Positions 1 through 9,852 of a stretch of DNA of 64,000 nt are shown piece after piece. Below the pieces are notes generated by a model. It searched no databases. It saw nothing but the letters and a program-made list of their open reading frames with translations, and was not told the origin of the DNA. The DNA lies in contig CACPCZ010000001.1 in NCBI GenBank assembly GCA_902632555.1, positions 32,283-96,282 of the forward strand. Reading direction: 5' to 3'. This DNA comes from an uncultured SAR86 cluster bacterium. Lineage in GTDB: Bacteria > Pseudomonadota > Gammaproteobacteria > Magnimaribacterales > D2472. The translations under genes were made by a program, and so were the position numbers. Position 1 is the first letter of the stretch; every line of letters starts with the position of its first letter.

Positions 1-230
1 GACTTACATTAAATTCAGGCATCTATGGATCAACTTTTTTTATGTTAACTGGGTTTCACGGTTTCCACGTTATGATGGGAGGCTTTATGCTAGCAATTAT
101 GTTAGCAAGATCAGTTTTCGCAGGGCATTTTGAAGAACATGACCATTTCGGCTTTGAAGCAGCATCATGGTATTGGCATTTTGTTGATGTTGTATGGGTT
201 ATGCTTTTCTTGTTCGTATATATTCTTTAG
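1..230 (+). CDS. coxC: cytochrome c oxidase (aa3-type) subunit III, C-terminal fragment; the 5' end lies outside the window
   Basis: The frame is open from the window edge. The tail LNSGIYGSTFFMLTGFHGFHVMMGG...EAASWYWHFVDVVWVMLF matches the conserved subunit III C-terminus. SURF1, ctaA, ctaB and SCO1 follow. Confidence 0.9.
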   Translation, partial: LTLNSGIYGSTFFMLTGFHGFHVMMGGFMLAIMLARSVFAGHFEEHDHFGFEAASWYWHFVDVVWVMLFLFVYIL

Positions 231-452
231 TTAAGAGTCGTTCCAAGGCACTGCATTATTACCAAGCTCGCCAGTATAAAGACCGATAGCAACTAAAATG
301 ATAAGTAAAGCAGCAAAGAAAACCCTCAAACCAAGCATGTATACTGTCCTTTTTCTGCCTGTGTCACCTTGATCAATGAAAAGAAAAAAGAATCCTCCGG
401 CAAGTGAAAGGACTAAAAGAACAGCAACTATATAAACAAGAGTTTTGATCAT
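231..452 (-). CDS. small twin-transmembrane-helix protein (DUF2909-like), associated with the cox cluster
   Basis: 73 aa with two hydrophobic helices separated by a basic loop (GDTGRKR). It sits between coxC and SURF1 on the opposite strand, as in other gammaproteobacterial cox clusters. Confidence 0.55.
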   Translation of the reverse strand: MIKTLVYIVAVLLVLSLAGGFFFLFIDQGDTGRKRTVYMLGLRVFFAALLIILVAIGLYTGELGNNAVPWNDS

Positions 453-486
453 TACAAAATTTTAAAGCATATATACTTGAATAGAT

Positions 487-1188
487 ATGAAAAAAAATAA
501 ATTTAGACCAGGAGCAAAAATAACAATTTTTTTTGTTTTTTTTGCAATCTTGTTTTTTTCACTGGGTGTATGGCAAATTGAAAGAGGACAAGCAAAAGCA
601 AATATCTTGAATGAATTTAATGATAATCTCAAAAAGACTCCCTCAAACTTAGATGAAAGTTCAAAGAAATGGGACAGAGTATACGTCAGAGGCAGTTGGA
701 TAAATTCTGAACAAATCTTAATAGATAACATAATAAATAGAGGTATTGCAGGATATAAAGTCATTACTCCTCTTAATATTGAGGGAAGTGACAAAACTAT
801 TCTCGTCGACAGAGGATGGATTAAACAAAACAAATATAGAGGGGTATTACCTGATATAAGTTTAGAGGAAAAAAGTGAGACAGTAAGCGGAATTTTAGAG
901 CTACCGGAGCTCGGGCTTGTTCTTTCAAATGACATTGTTACTTCTGAGTGGCCAAAAATATCTCAGTCTAAGAATTTCAAGATATTAGCAGAACAATTTG
1001 ATATGAATCTTTTCCCAATGATTTTATTAGCTGATCCAATTAATCAAAATAGCCTAGAATATATTAAAATTACACCCACTAACATGACCCCAACAAAGCA
1101 TTATGGATATTCAGCACAATGGTTTTTGATGTTTGTTGTTTTATGTGCAATGTATATTTGGTACGGATTAAATAAAAATGAAAAATAA
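487..1188 (+). CDS. SURF1-family cytochrome oxidase biogenesis protein
   Basis: N- and C-terminal TM helices with motifs GVWQIERGQAK, ILVDRGWI and HYGYSAQWF. It lies in the cox cluster. Confidence 0.8.
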   Translation: MKKNKFRPGAKITIFFVFFAILFFSLGVWQIERGQAKANILNEFNDNLKKTPSNLDESSKKWDRVYVRGSWINSEQILIDNIINRGIAGYKVITPLNIEGSDKTILVDRGWIKQNKYRGVLPDISLEEKSETVSGILELPELGLVLSNDIVTSEWPKISQSKNFKILAEQFDMNLFPMILLADPINQNSLEYIKITPTNMTPTKHYGYSAQWFLMFVVLCAMYIWYGLNKNEK

Positions 1189-1729
1189 GTTCTTTTTAGC
1201 AGCAATCTTATTAACTCCTATCTTGGTTGTTGTGTTCTCATCTATGTATTTTTCTTTTGGCATGTCGCCAGACGGAACAAAGAATAACGGAGTATTTTTT
1301 GAAAACTATTTTGAATTTAATCAATTCAAAAACGAAGAAGAAAAAAGAGACTTGGTAGAATTCGAAGACGGAAAATGGGTGCTCTCTGTCTACATAACAG
1401 ATCTTGATTTGAGCAAAGAATCAATATATTTGATGAGACAATTAAATGTAGCTTTGAACAGAGATATTAATAAGTTAAAAAGAATTGTTTTTTACTCCAA
1501 CAACACGTTAGACCTAAAAATGATCGACTTAAAAAATAAATATCCAAGAATTGAAATTATCAAGGATACAAATGGTGCCTTACTGGATGTTTTACAGGAA
1601 AATTCAAAAATTAACTTTAATGTTGAAAATCCTATTTTTGTCATTGATCCATATGGGAGAGCAGTAATGTATTTTGAACCAGAAACAGATCCAAAGCTGA
1701 TGTTAAAAGATTTAAAGGTGCTAATTTAA
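1178..1729 (+). CDS. membrane-anchored hypothetical protein conserved between SURF1 and ctaA
   Basis: 183 aa with an N-terminal TM helix. The C-terminal IFVIDPYGRAVMYF...DPKLMLKDLKVL resembles the strand-helix end of SCO/TlpA-like folds, but no Cys pair is present. It overlaps the SURF1 stop by 11 nt. Confidence 0.5.
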   Translation: MKNKFFLAAILLTPILVVVFSSMYFSFGMSPDGTKNNGVFFENYFEFNQFKNEEEKRDLVEFEDGKWVLSVYITDLDLSKESIYLMRQLNVALNRDINKLKRIVFYSNNTLDLKMIDLKNKYPRIEIIKDTNGALLDVLQENSKINFNVENPIFVIDPYGRAVMYFEPETDPKLMLKDLKVLI

Positions 1730-2703
1730 TGAATGCTATAAGAAATTTATCATTTGCTGGTATTTGTATGGCTTTTGTCGTGATTGCATTAGGTGCATGG
1801 ACAAGACTTGTTGATGCCGGTTTAGGATGTCCTGATTGGCCTGGTTGTTATGGATTTATAGTCTTTCCTACCACTGAGGCAGAAATTGCTCTTGCCGAAA
1901 GTAGATATCCGATGTTCCCTTATGACATTAACAAGGCAATACCAGAAGTCGTTCACAGATATTTTGCTGCTGCATTAGGACTCTTTGCTATTTTTTTGGT
2001 TTATTTATCATTTAAAAAAACAAAAGATAGAACAATTAGAGGGTGGTCACTATTTCTTTTATTTTTCATATGCTGTCAGGGCTTATTCGGATATTTAACG
2101 GTTAGTCTTAAATTACTACCAATAATTGTTACTGGACATTTATTTGGAGGATTTACAACGCTAACCCTTTTCTATTTTATATATTTGAAATCAAGAAATT
2201 TTGAAATTTTTAATCAAATAAATATTTCAAGTTTAAAGTTAATTGCTGGTATTGCATTTGTAGTTCTGATATTTCAAATATTTTTAGGTGTCTGGACTAG
2301 TACTAACTATGCGTCTCTAGCTTGCGCAGATTTTCCAACATGTCAGGGCTCCTATCTTCCAGAAATGGACTTTAAAAGCGGATTTGATTTGAACCAAGAA
2401 GTAGGACCAAATTATTTATATGGACTATTAGATAATCCAGCACGAGTAGCAATTCATTATACTCACAGGATTTCTGCTTTACTTGTAACTTTTATTTTTC
2501 TGATTTTAATGTCAAGACTTTGGTTTTCAGACGCAGCACCTTTGGCTTCAACACTAGGAATTCTTTTGCTTACTCAAATTACTCTTGGAATAATCAATGT
2601 TGTTAAAGTTTTGCCACTTTATGTAGCAATCGCACATAATCTAGTTGCCGCTTGCTTATTACTTGCAACGTTTACTGTAAACTATCTCGCCTGGAAAAAA
2701 TGA
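1729..2703 (+). CDS. ctaA: heme A synthase (COX15/CtaA)
   Basis: Polytopic protein with the GCPDWPGC motif and conserved His residues. It sits directly upstream of ctaB. Confidence 0.85.
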   Translation: MNAIRNLSFAGICMAFVVIALGAWTRLVDAGLGCPDWPGCYGFIVFPTTEAEIALAESRYPMFPYDINKAIPEVVHRYFAAALGLFAIFLVYLSFKKTKDRTIRGWSLFLLFFICCQGLFGYLTVSLKLLPIIVTGHLFGGFTTLTLFYFIYLKSRNFEIFNQINISSLKLIAGIAFVVLIFQIFLGVWTSTNYASLACADFPTCQGSYLPEMDFKSGFDLNQEVGPNYLYGLLDNPARVAIHYTHRISALLVTFIFLILMSRLWFSDAAPLASTLGILLLTQITLGIINVVKVLPLYVAIAHNLVAACLLLATFTVNYLAWKK

Positions 2704-3566
2704 CACTTTTAAAGAGCTATTATCATCTTTGTAAGCCAAATGTTGTTTATATGATGTTAATTTGTGCAGTTGTTGGAATGCTTTTAGCAGAGCAATATGT
2801 AAGCTCATATCTATACCTATTTATATCATTGCTTGGCATAGCTTTATGTGCGGCCTCAGCGGCAGCGATAAATCAAGTTATTGATAGAAAAACAGATGCG
2901 TCTATGACAAGAACCGATCAAAGGCCGCTCCCTCAAGGAGAACTCTCGCCTATGCATGCATCTATATTTGCTTTGATAATTGGGATATTAGGATCAATGA
3001 TTTTATATTTCTTTGTAAACACTCTAACTATGGTGCTGACAATTACGTCATTAATAGGCTACGCATTTATATACACAGTTTATTTAAAAAGAGCAACTCC
3101 ACAAAATATAGTAATAGGTGGATTGGCGGGAGCTGCTCCACCTCTATTAGGATGGTCTTCCATCACAAATACTATAGATCCTTATGCCTTACTACTGGTT
3201 TTAATTATATTTGTATGGACGCCACCACATTTTTGGGCTTTAGCGATTTACAGGAAAGATGAATATGCTAAAGAATCAATTCCAATGTTGCCAGTCACAC
3301 ATGGAGTCCAGTTCACAAAATTACAAATCGTTTTGTATACGGTAATTTTGTTTATCGTAAGCATTCTTCCGTATGTTGTTCTTATGTCAGGAATAATTTA
3401 TCTTGTTTCAGCCTTGATTCTTAGCAGCATGTTTATGTACTACTCCGTGAAACTTTATATCAGCAAAGATAACGAGATCGCAATGAAAACATTTCAGTTT
3501 TCTATTTATTACATATTTTTAATCTTTCTAGCCTTGCTTGTTGATCACTTTATAATTATTGCTTGA
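2700..3566 (+). CDS. ctaB: protoheme IX farnesyltransferase (heme O synthase)
   Basis: UbiA-family motif NQVIDRKTDASMTRT, plus WTPPHFWALA. I place the start at the ATG at 2700, which forms an ATGA overlap with the ctaA stop, rather than at the track start 2652. Confidence 0.9.
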   Translation: MTLLKSYYHLCKPNVVYMMLICAVVGMLLAEQYVSSYLYLFISLLGIALCAASAAAINQVIDRKTDASMTRTDQRPLPQGELSPMHASIFALIIGILGSMILYFFVNTLTMVLTITSLIGYAFIYTVYLKRATPQNIVIGGLAGAAPPLLGWSSITNTIDPYALLLVLIIFVWTPPHFWALAIYRKDEYAKESIPMLPVTHGVQFTKLQIVLYTVILFIVSILPYVVLMSGIIYLVSALILSSMFMYYSVKLYISKDNEIAMKTFQFSIYYIFLIFLALLVDHFIIIA

Positions 3567-4201
3567 TGACAGTTAAGAAAAATATATTAATTATTATAAT
3601 TTTTATAGCTACAGTACTGAGCCTGTTTATTAATAAGCTTACAACACCAAGAGTTCTTAGCACCAATGAGCTTTTGATAAATGGACTATTCTTATTTGAG
3701 CAACCTAAATCGATTTCAGATTTTACATTTTTTTCTGGAACTGATGATGAATTTAAAAAGTCGGATTTGTTGGGAAAATGGACCTTAATATATTTTGGCT
3801 TTACCAGATGTCCAGATGAATGCCCAACAACAATGTACCAAATGTCAAAATTAATTAAAGTTTTAGATGAAAAGGAATTTCCATTGGAAAACAAACAATG
3901 GGTTCTAATTTCCATCGATCCTGAAAGAGATAACTCAATAGATATAGATCAATATGCCAAAGGTTTTGATAAAAGATTTATTGGAGCTGTAGGCAGTAGA
4001 CCGATGTTAATAAATGTTGCGACACAACTTTCTGTTAACAATGTCATGCCAGATAAAGATTCTAGTGATCATTCGCACCTAGATAACCATGTAAACAATA
4101 TTATTCTAATGGACCCAAATGGAAATTTTGCAGGAGTATTTAGACCGCCTTTCGATATCTCAAGATTGTCTCTTACTTATCAGTCAGTTACACAAGATTA
4201 A
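3563..4201 (+). CDS. SCO1/SenC copper chaperone
   Basis: N-terminal anchor, thioredoxin-like fold with the CPDECP (CxxxC) motif and a downstream His (DHS). Confidence 0.85.
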   Translation: MMTVKKNILIIIIFIATVLSLFINKLTTPRVLSTNELLINGLFLFEQPKSISDFTFFSGTDDEFKKSDLLGKWTLIYFGFTRCPDECPTTMYQMSKLIKVLDEKEFPLENKQWVLISIDPERDNSIDIDQYAKGFDKRFIGAVGSRPMLINVATQLSVNNVMPDKDSSDHSHLDNHVNNIILMDPNGNFAGVFRPPFDISRLSLTYQSVTQD

Positions 4202-4238
4202 TTTTCAGAACCAATAAAAATTATAAAGATAATTTTAG

Positions 4239-5030
4239 TTAAAGTTTTTTGAATAATATTGTCATTCTGTCGCTTTCTCCAATATCAAGATATTTTTGTT
4301 TATCTTTTTCCTTTAATCTTAATACCGGAGGCAAAGTCCACACACCTCTAATATAATCTTTCGTATCTTTTGGGTTTGAATTAATTTCTGATTTAGAAAT
4401 TAGAGTAAATCCATGTTTTTCTGCAATTTTAATTGCATATTCTTCTGTTACATATCCTGTTCTTTTCATTTCTTCTAGGCTTGTTCCTGGGTTAGCTCTG
4501 TGCTCAACCACGCCAAGTATGCCACCTTTTTTTAAAGCTTTATGTGCGTTTGAAAATATTAAATCTATTTGAGGGCCAATCCAATTGTGTAAGTTTCTAA
4601 AAGTTAATACCGCATCAACTGTTCCAGGTTCAGCCAATTTAGAACTAAGGTCAACTACAGAAACATTTTTATATAATGGGTTCTCGTTAACTTTATTTTC
4701 AAAATTCTTTCGCATCCTCACATAAAAATCTCTGTTAGAATTCTTATCAAAATGCGCAGCTATTATTTCTCCAGGAGAATGAATGTAATTAGCAAGTATT
4801 TCCGTATACCATCCACCACCGGGTGACAATTCTACAACTTTCATATTCTGCTCTATCTCAAAAAAACTTAATGTTTCATATGGATTTCTGTATCGGTCTC
4901 TCATAACGTTCTTTGAGCTACGATCTTTGCTTTTAATAGCGTCTTCAAGCGAATGAGAGGATGAATAAGGAATTAAAAATAATATGGCATTTAAAAATAA
5001 TATATATGTAAAAGTCTTATGGTTTTTCAT
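4239..5030 (-). CDS. class I SAM-dependent methyltransferase-fold protein with N-terminal signal peptide (COG4798-like)
   Basis: Hydrophobic leader FTYILFLNAILFLIPYSSS, motif I-like VVELSPGGGWYTEIL, and a later GGILGVVEH. Confidence 0.6.
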   Translation of the reverse strand: MKNHKTFTYILFLNAILFLIPYSSSHSLEDAIKSKDRSSKNVMRDRYRNPYETLSFFEIEQNMKVVELSPGGGWYTEILANYIHSPGEIIAAHFDKNSNRDFYVRMRKNFENKVNENPLYKNVSVVDLSSKLAEPGTVDAVLTFRNLHNWIGPQIDLIFSNAHKALKKGGILGVVEHRANPGTSLEEMKRTGYVTEEYAIKIAEKHGFTLISKSEINSNPKDTKDYIRGVWTLPPVLRLKEKDKQKYLDIGESDRMTILFKKL

Positions 5031-5031
5031 T

Positions 5032-6030
5032 TTAAATTTGAATTATTACCTTGCCCTTGGCTTTTCTATTTTGTAGATGAGAAATCGCATCAGCAGCATT
5101 GATAAGAGAGAATTTATCAGAAACTTCAGGAGCAATTTTTCCATTAACATGAAGGTTAAATATTTCCTTAAAATTTGCTACATTTCCTGACGGATCGAGT
5201 CCAGTCCACGCGCCCCAAAAAACTCCAACTATTTGACATCCTTTGAGCAAAGTTAAATTTAATGGAATCTTTGGTATTTCTCCTGCAGCAAAACCTATTA
5301 CTAAATATCTCCCTTCCCAAGCTATAGCTCTCAATGCTGGTTCTGAATAACCTGAACCAACAGGATCATAAATAACATTAGCACCTACACCACCGGTAAG
5401 CTCTTTAATCTTTGCAGATAACTCTTTTTGTTGGTCTCTAGTTAAATCACCTGTGGGGTAAATAAATCCTTGATCAGCACCATGCTGCATACAGATATCA
5501 ACCTTTTCTTGTGTTGATGCTGCTGCAATAACATTTGCGCCCATTGCTTTTCCAAGTTCAACTGTAGCTAATCCAACACCGCCAGCAGCTCCAAGAACCA
5601 ATAAAGTTTCACCTTTTTTAAGTGCAGCCCTCTGTTTTAATGCATACAAAGATGTACCATAGGTCATGGGTAGAGCAGCTGCAGTTTCAAAATCCATTGA
5701 GTCAGGTATTTTCATCACAGCATTTTCGTGTGCGACAATTTTCTCAGCAAAGGCACCGAGACCAAGCATTGCAACAACTCTGTCTCCTACTTTTAAGTTT
5801 TCAACACCCTCGCCAACTTCGGTTATTGTTCCAGCAGACTCGCCACCTGGCGTGAATGGAAGTTCTGGTTGAAATTGATATAGTCCTTGTATCATCAATA
5901 CATCAGGAAAATTAACACTAGCTGCTTTATTATCAATCATTACATGATTTGGTAATAATTCTGGATCAGGTATATCGTTTATTTGAAGTTTATCTGGCAT
6001 ACCTAGTTCAATACACTGCAATGCTTTCAT
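5032..6030 (-). CDS. NADPH:quinone oxidoreductase / zinc-type alcohol dehydrogenase superfamily (MDR)
   Basis: GroES-like N-terminal domain and the Rossmann motif LVLGAAGGVGLATVELGK. Length is 332 aa. Confidence 0.8.
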   Translation of the reverse strand: MKALQCIELGMPDKLQINDIPDPELLPNHVMIDNKAASVNFPDVLMIQGLYQFQPELPFTPGGESAGTITEVGEGVENLKVGDRVVAMLGLGAFAEKIVAHENAVMKIPDSMDFETAAALPMTYGTSLYALKQRAALKKGETLLVLGAAGGVGLATVELGKAMGANVIAAASTQEKVDICMQHGADQGFIYPTGDLTRDQQKELSAKIKELTGGVGANVIYDPVGSGYSEPALRAIAWEGRYLVIGFAAGEIPKIPLNLTLLKGCQIVGVFWGAWTGLDPSGNVANFKEIFNLHVNGKIAPEVSDKFSLINAADAISHLQNRKAKGKVIIQI

Positions 6031-6039
6031 AAAATCTCC

Positions 6040-7545
6040 TTAAATACCCTCATTATAATTTTTAACAAAATTATTCATTTCTTCAGAGGTATTTTCATTA
6101 ATATTTTTTAGTCTAGATAATGACATCTCTGTTTCATATTTTATATTATCAAATTTATTATTCTCATGTTCTCTTAAAAATTTTGTAACTTTTTTTGCCT
6201 TTTTTATGCCATCCTCATGAAAAGAAGTTTGAGGAAGATCGGCTTTACTATATTTTTTTACATAGCTAATTGAATCAATAAATTTTTTATTATCTTTAAA
6301 ATATTCGGCTAGAGTTAAAAGGTCTCTATAAATATATCTTTTTGCATCTCTTATCGTTTTTTGTTCAGATCCAAATGTTAGTATAGTATTCTCATCTCTT
6401 CCGGCATACACGGCCTCTAAATCATTTTTATCAATTCTTAATTTTTCTTCATCTGTAATTTTTGGACTTTCAGAAACTAAACAATAAATCAAAATTAAGT
6501 CTAAGAACATAATATGATTTTTAGAGATACCGGTTACTTCGTTTGAATCTATATCAATTCCTCTTACTTCAAGATACTCTATGCCAAACTTTTTAATTTG
6601 TTCATAGGGCCTTAGGCCAATCTCTGAAGCCCTTTTAGGTCTTATAGAATCATAATATTCATTTTCAATTTGTATTACCCCATCAGAAATTTGGTGGTAA
6701 TTATCATTTTCATCTAATAAACCTTTTTGTTTGAATTCTGTATAAGGTATCTTAATTGCATCTCTTATCTTTAATAAAAATTCTTCAATACTATTGTATT
6801 TTACGTTGAGATTTTTTTGAGCCTCACTCACATATCCAATTTCACTCATTCTTAATGAGGTAGCATTTTTTAGAAAAAAATCTTTTTCATTTAGTTTATT
6901 TAAGTTATGAGCTCTATTTTTGATAAAAGATTTATCAACTATATTTGTTTGACCAAATTCACATAAAATAAACCAAAATAACCTTTTAAAGTTTCTGATA
7001 AGGCCTAGATATGCCTTGTTATAGTTATCTTGTGAAGCTCCTCCAACTAATTTATTTAAAGATAATTCATCAACAGAAAAGTTGTAATGCATTCCTGATA
7101 CGCATTGCATTGTGGAGCCATATCTTACTTTCAGACCTCTTCGATAAACATGTTTAAGAAGTCCGATATTGCTTTGATGATAGTATCCAAGATTAATTTC
7201 TGATTCATCTTTAATATGAGGAGGCATTGAAAATGGCCAAAGCATTTCATCTTTATGAATGTTATGAGCAACAAATTCATGAAGTTTATGAAGAAAATTA
7301 TGAAGATCATCAATATTTTTAAAAACTGGAGTAACAAGCTCTAGCTGAGCCTCTGCGAAATCAGTTGTAATATATTTATTTGTGAGAGCTGAACCTAATT
7401 CTTTTGGATGTGGTCTTTTAGATATATGACCATTCTGATCGACCCTAAAAAATTCTTTTTCAATACCACGGTTAATATTTATTTCATCAAAAAAATTTTT
7501 ATTTTTTAGCTCATGAAGTTTTTTTTCAGATAGCTCATTAATCAT
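6040..7545 (-). CDS. gshA: glutamate--cysteine ligase
   Basis: 501 aa, collinear by eye with E. coli-type GshA ([34 protein letters not shown]). Confidence 0.85.
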   Translation of the reverse strand: MINELSEKKLHELKNKNFFDEININRGIEKEFFRVDQNGHISKRPHPKELGSALTNKYITTDFAEAQLELVTPVFKNIDDLHNFLHKLHEFVAHNIHKDEMLWPFSMPPHIKDESEINLGYYHQSNIGLLKHVYRRGLKVRYGSTMQCVSGMHYNFSVDELSLNKLVGGASQDNYNKAYLGLIRNFKRLFWFILCEFGQTNIVDKSFIKNRAHNLNKLNEKDFFLKNATSLRMSEIGYVSEAQKNLNVKYNSIEEFLLKIRDAIKIPYTEFKQKGLLDENDNYHQISDGVIQIENEYYDSIRPKRASEIGLRPYEQIKKFGIEYLEVRGIDIDSNEVTGISKNHIMFLDLILIYCLVSESPKITDEEKLRIDKNDLEAVYAGRDENTILTFGSEQKTIRDAKRYIYRDLLTLAEYFKDNKKFIDSISYVKKYSKADLPQTSFHEDGIKKAKKVTKFLREHENNKFDNIKYETEMSLSRLKNINENTSEEMNNFVKNYNEGI

Positions 7546-9085
7546 TAAATCCAGGTCCAGCAGATATTATTTCAGATGAAACATCAAATTTTTTAAAATT
7601 TTCTTGAAATTTTGAAATAAGATCTTTTAGATAATTATCGTATTCCTCTTTATTTTGCCAAGTCTCAATTGGATTTAGAAGCTCTGGATCTACTCCATTA
7701 ACCATTAAAGGAACTTCAAGATTTAGGCCAGGAATTTTTTGAGTCTCAACATCATTTAGCTCCCCATCTTGAATGGCATTAACGATTCTCCTTGTCGTTG
7801 GTATTTTAAATCGAGATCCAATCCCATAAGGACCTCCGGTCCAGCCAGTGTTTACCAAAAATACCTTTGATCCAAAGTTATCAACTCTCTTCATTAATAA
7901 GTCTGCATAGATGTGTGCAGGCCTAGGAAAAAAAGGAGCTCCAAAACAAGTCGAAAAAGTAGATGATATATCGGAGGCTGAGCCAATTTCAGTTGAACCT
8001 ACTTTAGCGGTATAACCACTTAAAAAGTGATAAGCAGCCGCCTGTTTTGATAGTATGGAAACGGGAGGTATTACACCCGTTAGATCACATGTTAGAAATA
8101 TAACAGTTTTAGGTTCTCCAGCAGAATTTGAGTCTACCGCATTTTCAATATGAGATCTTGGATAGCAGCATCTGCCATTTTCTGATAAAGAGGTATTCGA
8201 ATAATCTGGCACATTATTTTCAAGAAAAACATTTTCAATAATACTTCCATGTTTTATAGCTCTAAATATTACAGGCTCATTTTCTTCAGTTAGATCTATA
8301 GTTTTTGCGTAGCAACCGCCTTCAAAATTAAAAACTGAGCCAGGGCTCCATCCATGTTCATCATCTCCAATCAATGAACATTTTGGATCTGCAGAAAGTG
8401 TAGTCTTTCCTGTACCTGAGAGGCCAAAAAATAATGCAACATCTCCATTTTTATTTACATTGGCTGAACAATGCATAGGTAAAACATCTTTTTCAGGCAA
8501 CAAGAAATTTTGCACTGAAAACATCGACTTTTTCATTTCACCTGCATATTTCATGCCAGCAATTATCACTTTTCTTTTTGCAAAATTAATAACGACACAG
8601 CTTGCTGAATTTGTTCCATCTTCATCGGGGATGCATTCATAGTTAGCAGCTGAAAGAATTTGCCATTCTTGTTTGTTATTTGGATTATATTTATCCGTAT
8701 AAACAAATATTAACCTTGCAAAAAAGGAATGCCATGCAGTCTCAGTTGTTATTTTTACTGGTAAATAATGATCAGAATGCGATCCTACATGAACATGAGA
8801 AACGTATCTTTCTTTTTCAGCAAGATAAGCTTCAATTTTTTCCCATAAAGAATCGAACTTATCCTCATCAAATGGCTTATTAACATCGCCCCAATCTATC
8901 AAGCTGTCTGTACCAGCTTCTTTTACAATAAATCTATCGTTAGGACTTCTTCCAGTCCTCTTGCCTGTTACAGTTGATAAAGCACCATTAGAGGCGATAA
9001 CACCTTCTCCATTATTAACAGCAGCAGATATTAGTTGATCATTGCTGAGTTCTAACGCATCAGAGGTGTGATTTGGAGTTTCCAT
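7538..9085 (-). CDS. pckA: phosphoenolpyruvate carboxykinase (ATP)
   Basis: Motifs TGRSPNDRF, the kinase-1a [19 protein letters not shown] and NTGWTGG. Length is 515 aa. Confidence 0.95.
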   Translation of the reverse strand: METPNHTSDALELSNDQLISAAVNNGEGVIASNGALSTVTGKRTGRSPNDRFIVKEAGTDSLIDWGDVNKPFDEDKFDSLWEKIEAYLAEKERYVSHVHVGSHSDHYLPVKITTETAWHSFFARLIFVYTDKYNPNNKQEWQILSAANYECIPDEDGTNSASCVVINFAKRKVIIAGMKYAGEMKKSMFSVQNFLLPEKDVLPMHCSANVNKNGDVALFFGLSGTGKTTLSADPKCSLIGDDEHGWSPGSVFNFEGGCYAKTIDLTEENEPVIFRAIKHGSIIENVFLENNVPDYSNTSLSENGRCCYPRSHIENAVDSNSAGEPKTVIFLTCDLTGVIPPVSILSKQAAAYHFLSGYTAKVGSTEIGSASDISSTFSTCFGAPFFPRPAHIYADLLMKRVDNFGSKVFLVNTGWTGGPYGIGSRFKIPTTRRIVNAIQDGELNDVETQKIPGLNLEVPLMVNGVDPELLNPIETWQNKEEYDNYLKDLISKFQENFKKFDVSSEIISAGPGFND

Positions 9086-9086
9086 T

Positions 9087-9181
9087 TTATTACTAACAAA
9101 TATTATAGGTACTTGGGGGGAATAATTATATATGTAGAGGTGATAATTATGTACCTATAATATTAGCTTTGTTAGCAATAA
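9087..9181 (-). promoter_or_regulatory. extended imperfect hairpin in the pckA 5' leader (possible translational control element, operator palindrome or bidirectional terminator)
   Basis: Hand-paired stems are 9087-9100 with 9169-9181, 9100-9112 with 9151-9163, and 9122-9129 with 9143-9150. There is a 13-nt apical loop and a C6-containing bulge. The base of the stem lies 2 nt from the pckA ATG. Confidence 0.4.
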
Positions 9182-9306
9182 TTCGAATTACTATGTAGTG
9201 AAGTAAAATATATGAGCACTAAAAAGTCAATTATTTTAATAAATCCTTTAAAATAGGCATTTTGAGATAATAATTCTTGTAGTTTTGCTACAAATATATA
9301 TAAAAT

Positions 9307-9798
9307 TTAAGCTTTTATTAGTTTATTAGCCGATGCGATTAAATATATTAAAAAGAAAATAAGACCCCATTCTGCAAAGTTAAATATAAATCTCATGCCA
9401 TCTTCAGCACAGCTGGGACCACCTCTTAAGGTTCTTGTTACAGCTTCAACAATACCAAAATAATCGATCATGGTGTGAAAAGGCATACCGCAACCCGAAA
9501 GTTGAGAAAGTTCTTCTAAAGCTAAATTTTGAATGTAAATTTGTTTTGATGTTACAAAAATGCCCATTGCTGATGAGGTTACAATCAACATGTAACCAAA
9601 TTTATTTTTAAAAAAATATGTTGTTAAAGAAGAAATCATCACAAGTCCGAATACATATCTTGTAAGTATGCACATCGCACATGCTTGCAGAAAAAAAGCT
9701 TTATCGAGAAAATAGGCAATTATAATTATTGTAGCGGCACCAACAGCAGAGGCTATTTCAAAATAGTTTTGATAAACTTCTTTAATTAGATTTAGCAT
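9307..9798 (-). CDS. dsbB: disulfide bond formation protein B
   Basis: Four TM helices, a first-loop CxxC (CAMC) and a second-loop Cys pair (SGCG...GPSC). Confidence 0.8.
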   Translation of the reverse strand: MLNLIKEVYQNYFEIASAVGAATIIIIAYFLDKAFFLQACAMCILTRYVFGLVMISSLTTYFFKNKFGYMLIVTSSAMGIFVTSKQIYIQNLALEELSQLSGCGMPFHTMIDYFGIVEAVTRTLRGGPSCAEDGMRFIFNFAEWGLIFFLIYLIASANKLIKA

Positions 9799-9852
9799 TT
9801 TGATTTATTTTAAAAAATACAAAAGCAATAATACACTAAATAATAATTAATA

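Noticed and set aside
487-580. Homopolymer runs (A8, T8, T9, T7) at the 5' end of SURF1, considered as a slipped-strand phase-variation switch
   Set aside because: The runs encode Lys/Phe-rich signal-anchor residues typical of AT-rich genomes, and nothing suggests variable length from a single sequence.
462-935. 157-aa minus-strand ORF antisense to SURF1
   Set aside because: It lies entirely within a well-supported SURF1 gene. The sequence is low-complexity and Leu/Ser/Phe-rich, as expected from the reverse frame of AT-rich coding DNA. It has no motif or RBS.
5600-5900. Locally GC-richer patch with two + strand shadow ORFs, considered as possible foreign DNA
   Set aside because: It coincides with the Gly/Ala-rich Rossmann region of the quinone oxidoreductase. 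The composition is explained by protein sequence and there are no boundary features.
9134-9159. Plus-strand SD-like AGAGGTGAT followed by a 3-codon mini-ORF (ATG TAC CTA TAA)
   Set aside because: It is the complement of the apical loop and stem of the pckA-leader hairpin. No promoter supports plus-strand transcription here, so it is probably a by-product of the palindrome.
9277-9293. Small hairpin TTGTAG-N5-CTACAA just downstream of the dsbB stop, considered as a terminator
   Set aside because: The stem is only 6 bp and AT-rich, and no U-tract follows on the minus strand. It is too weak to call.
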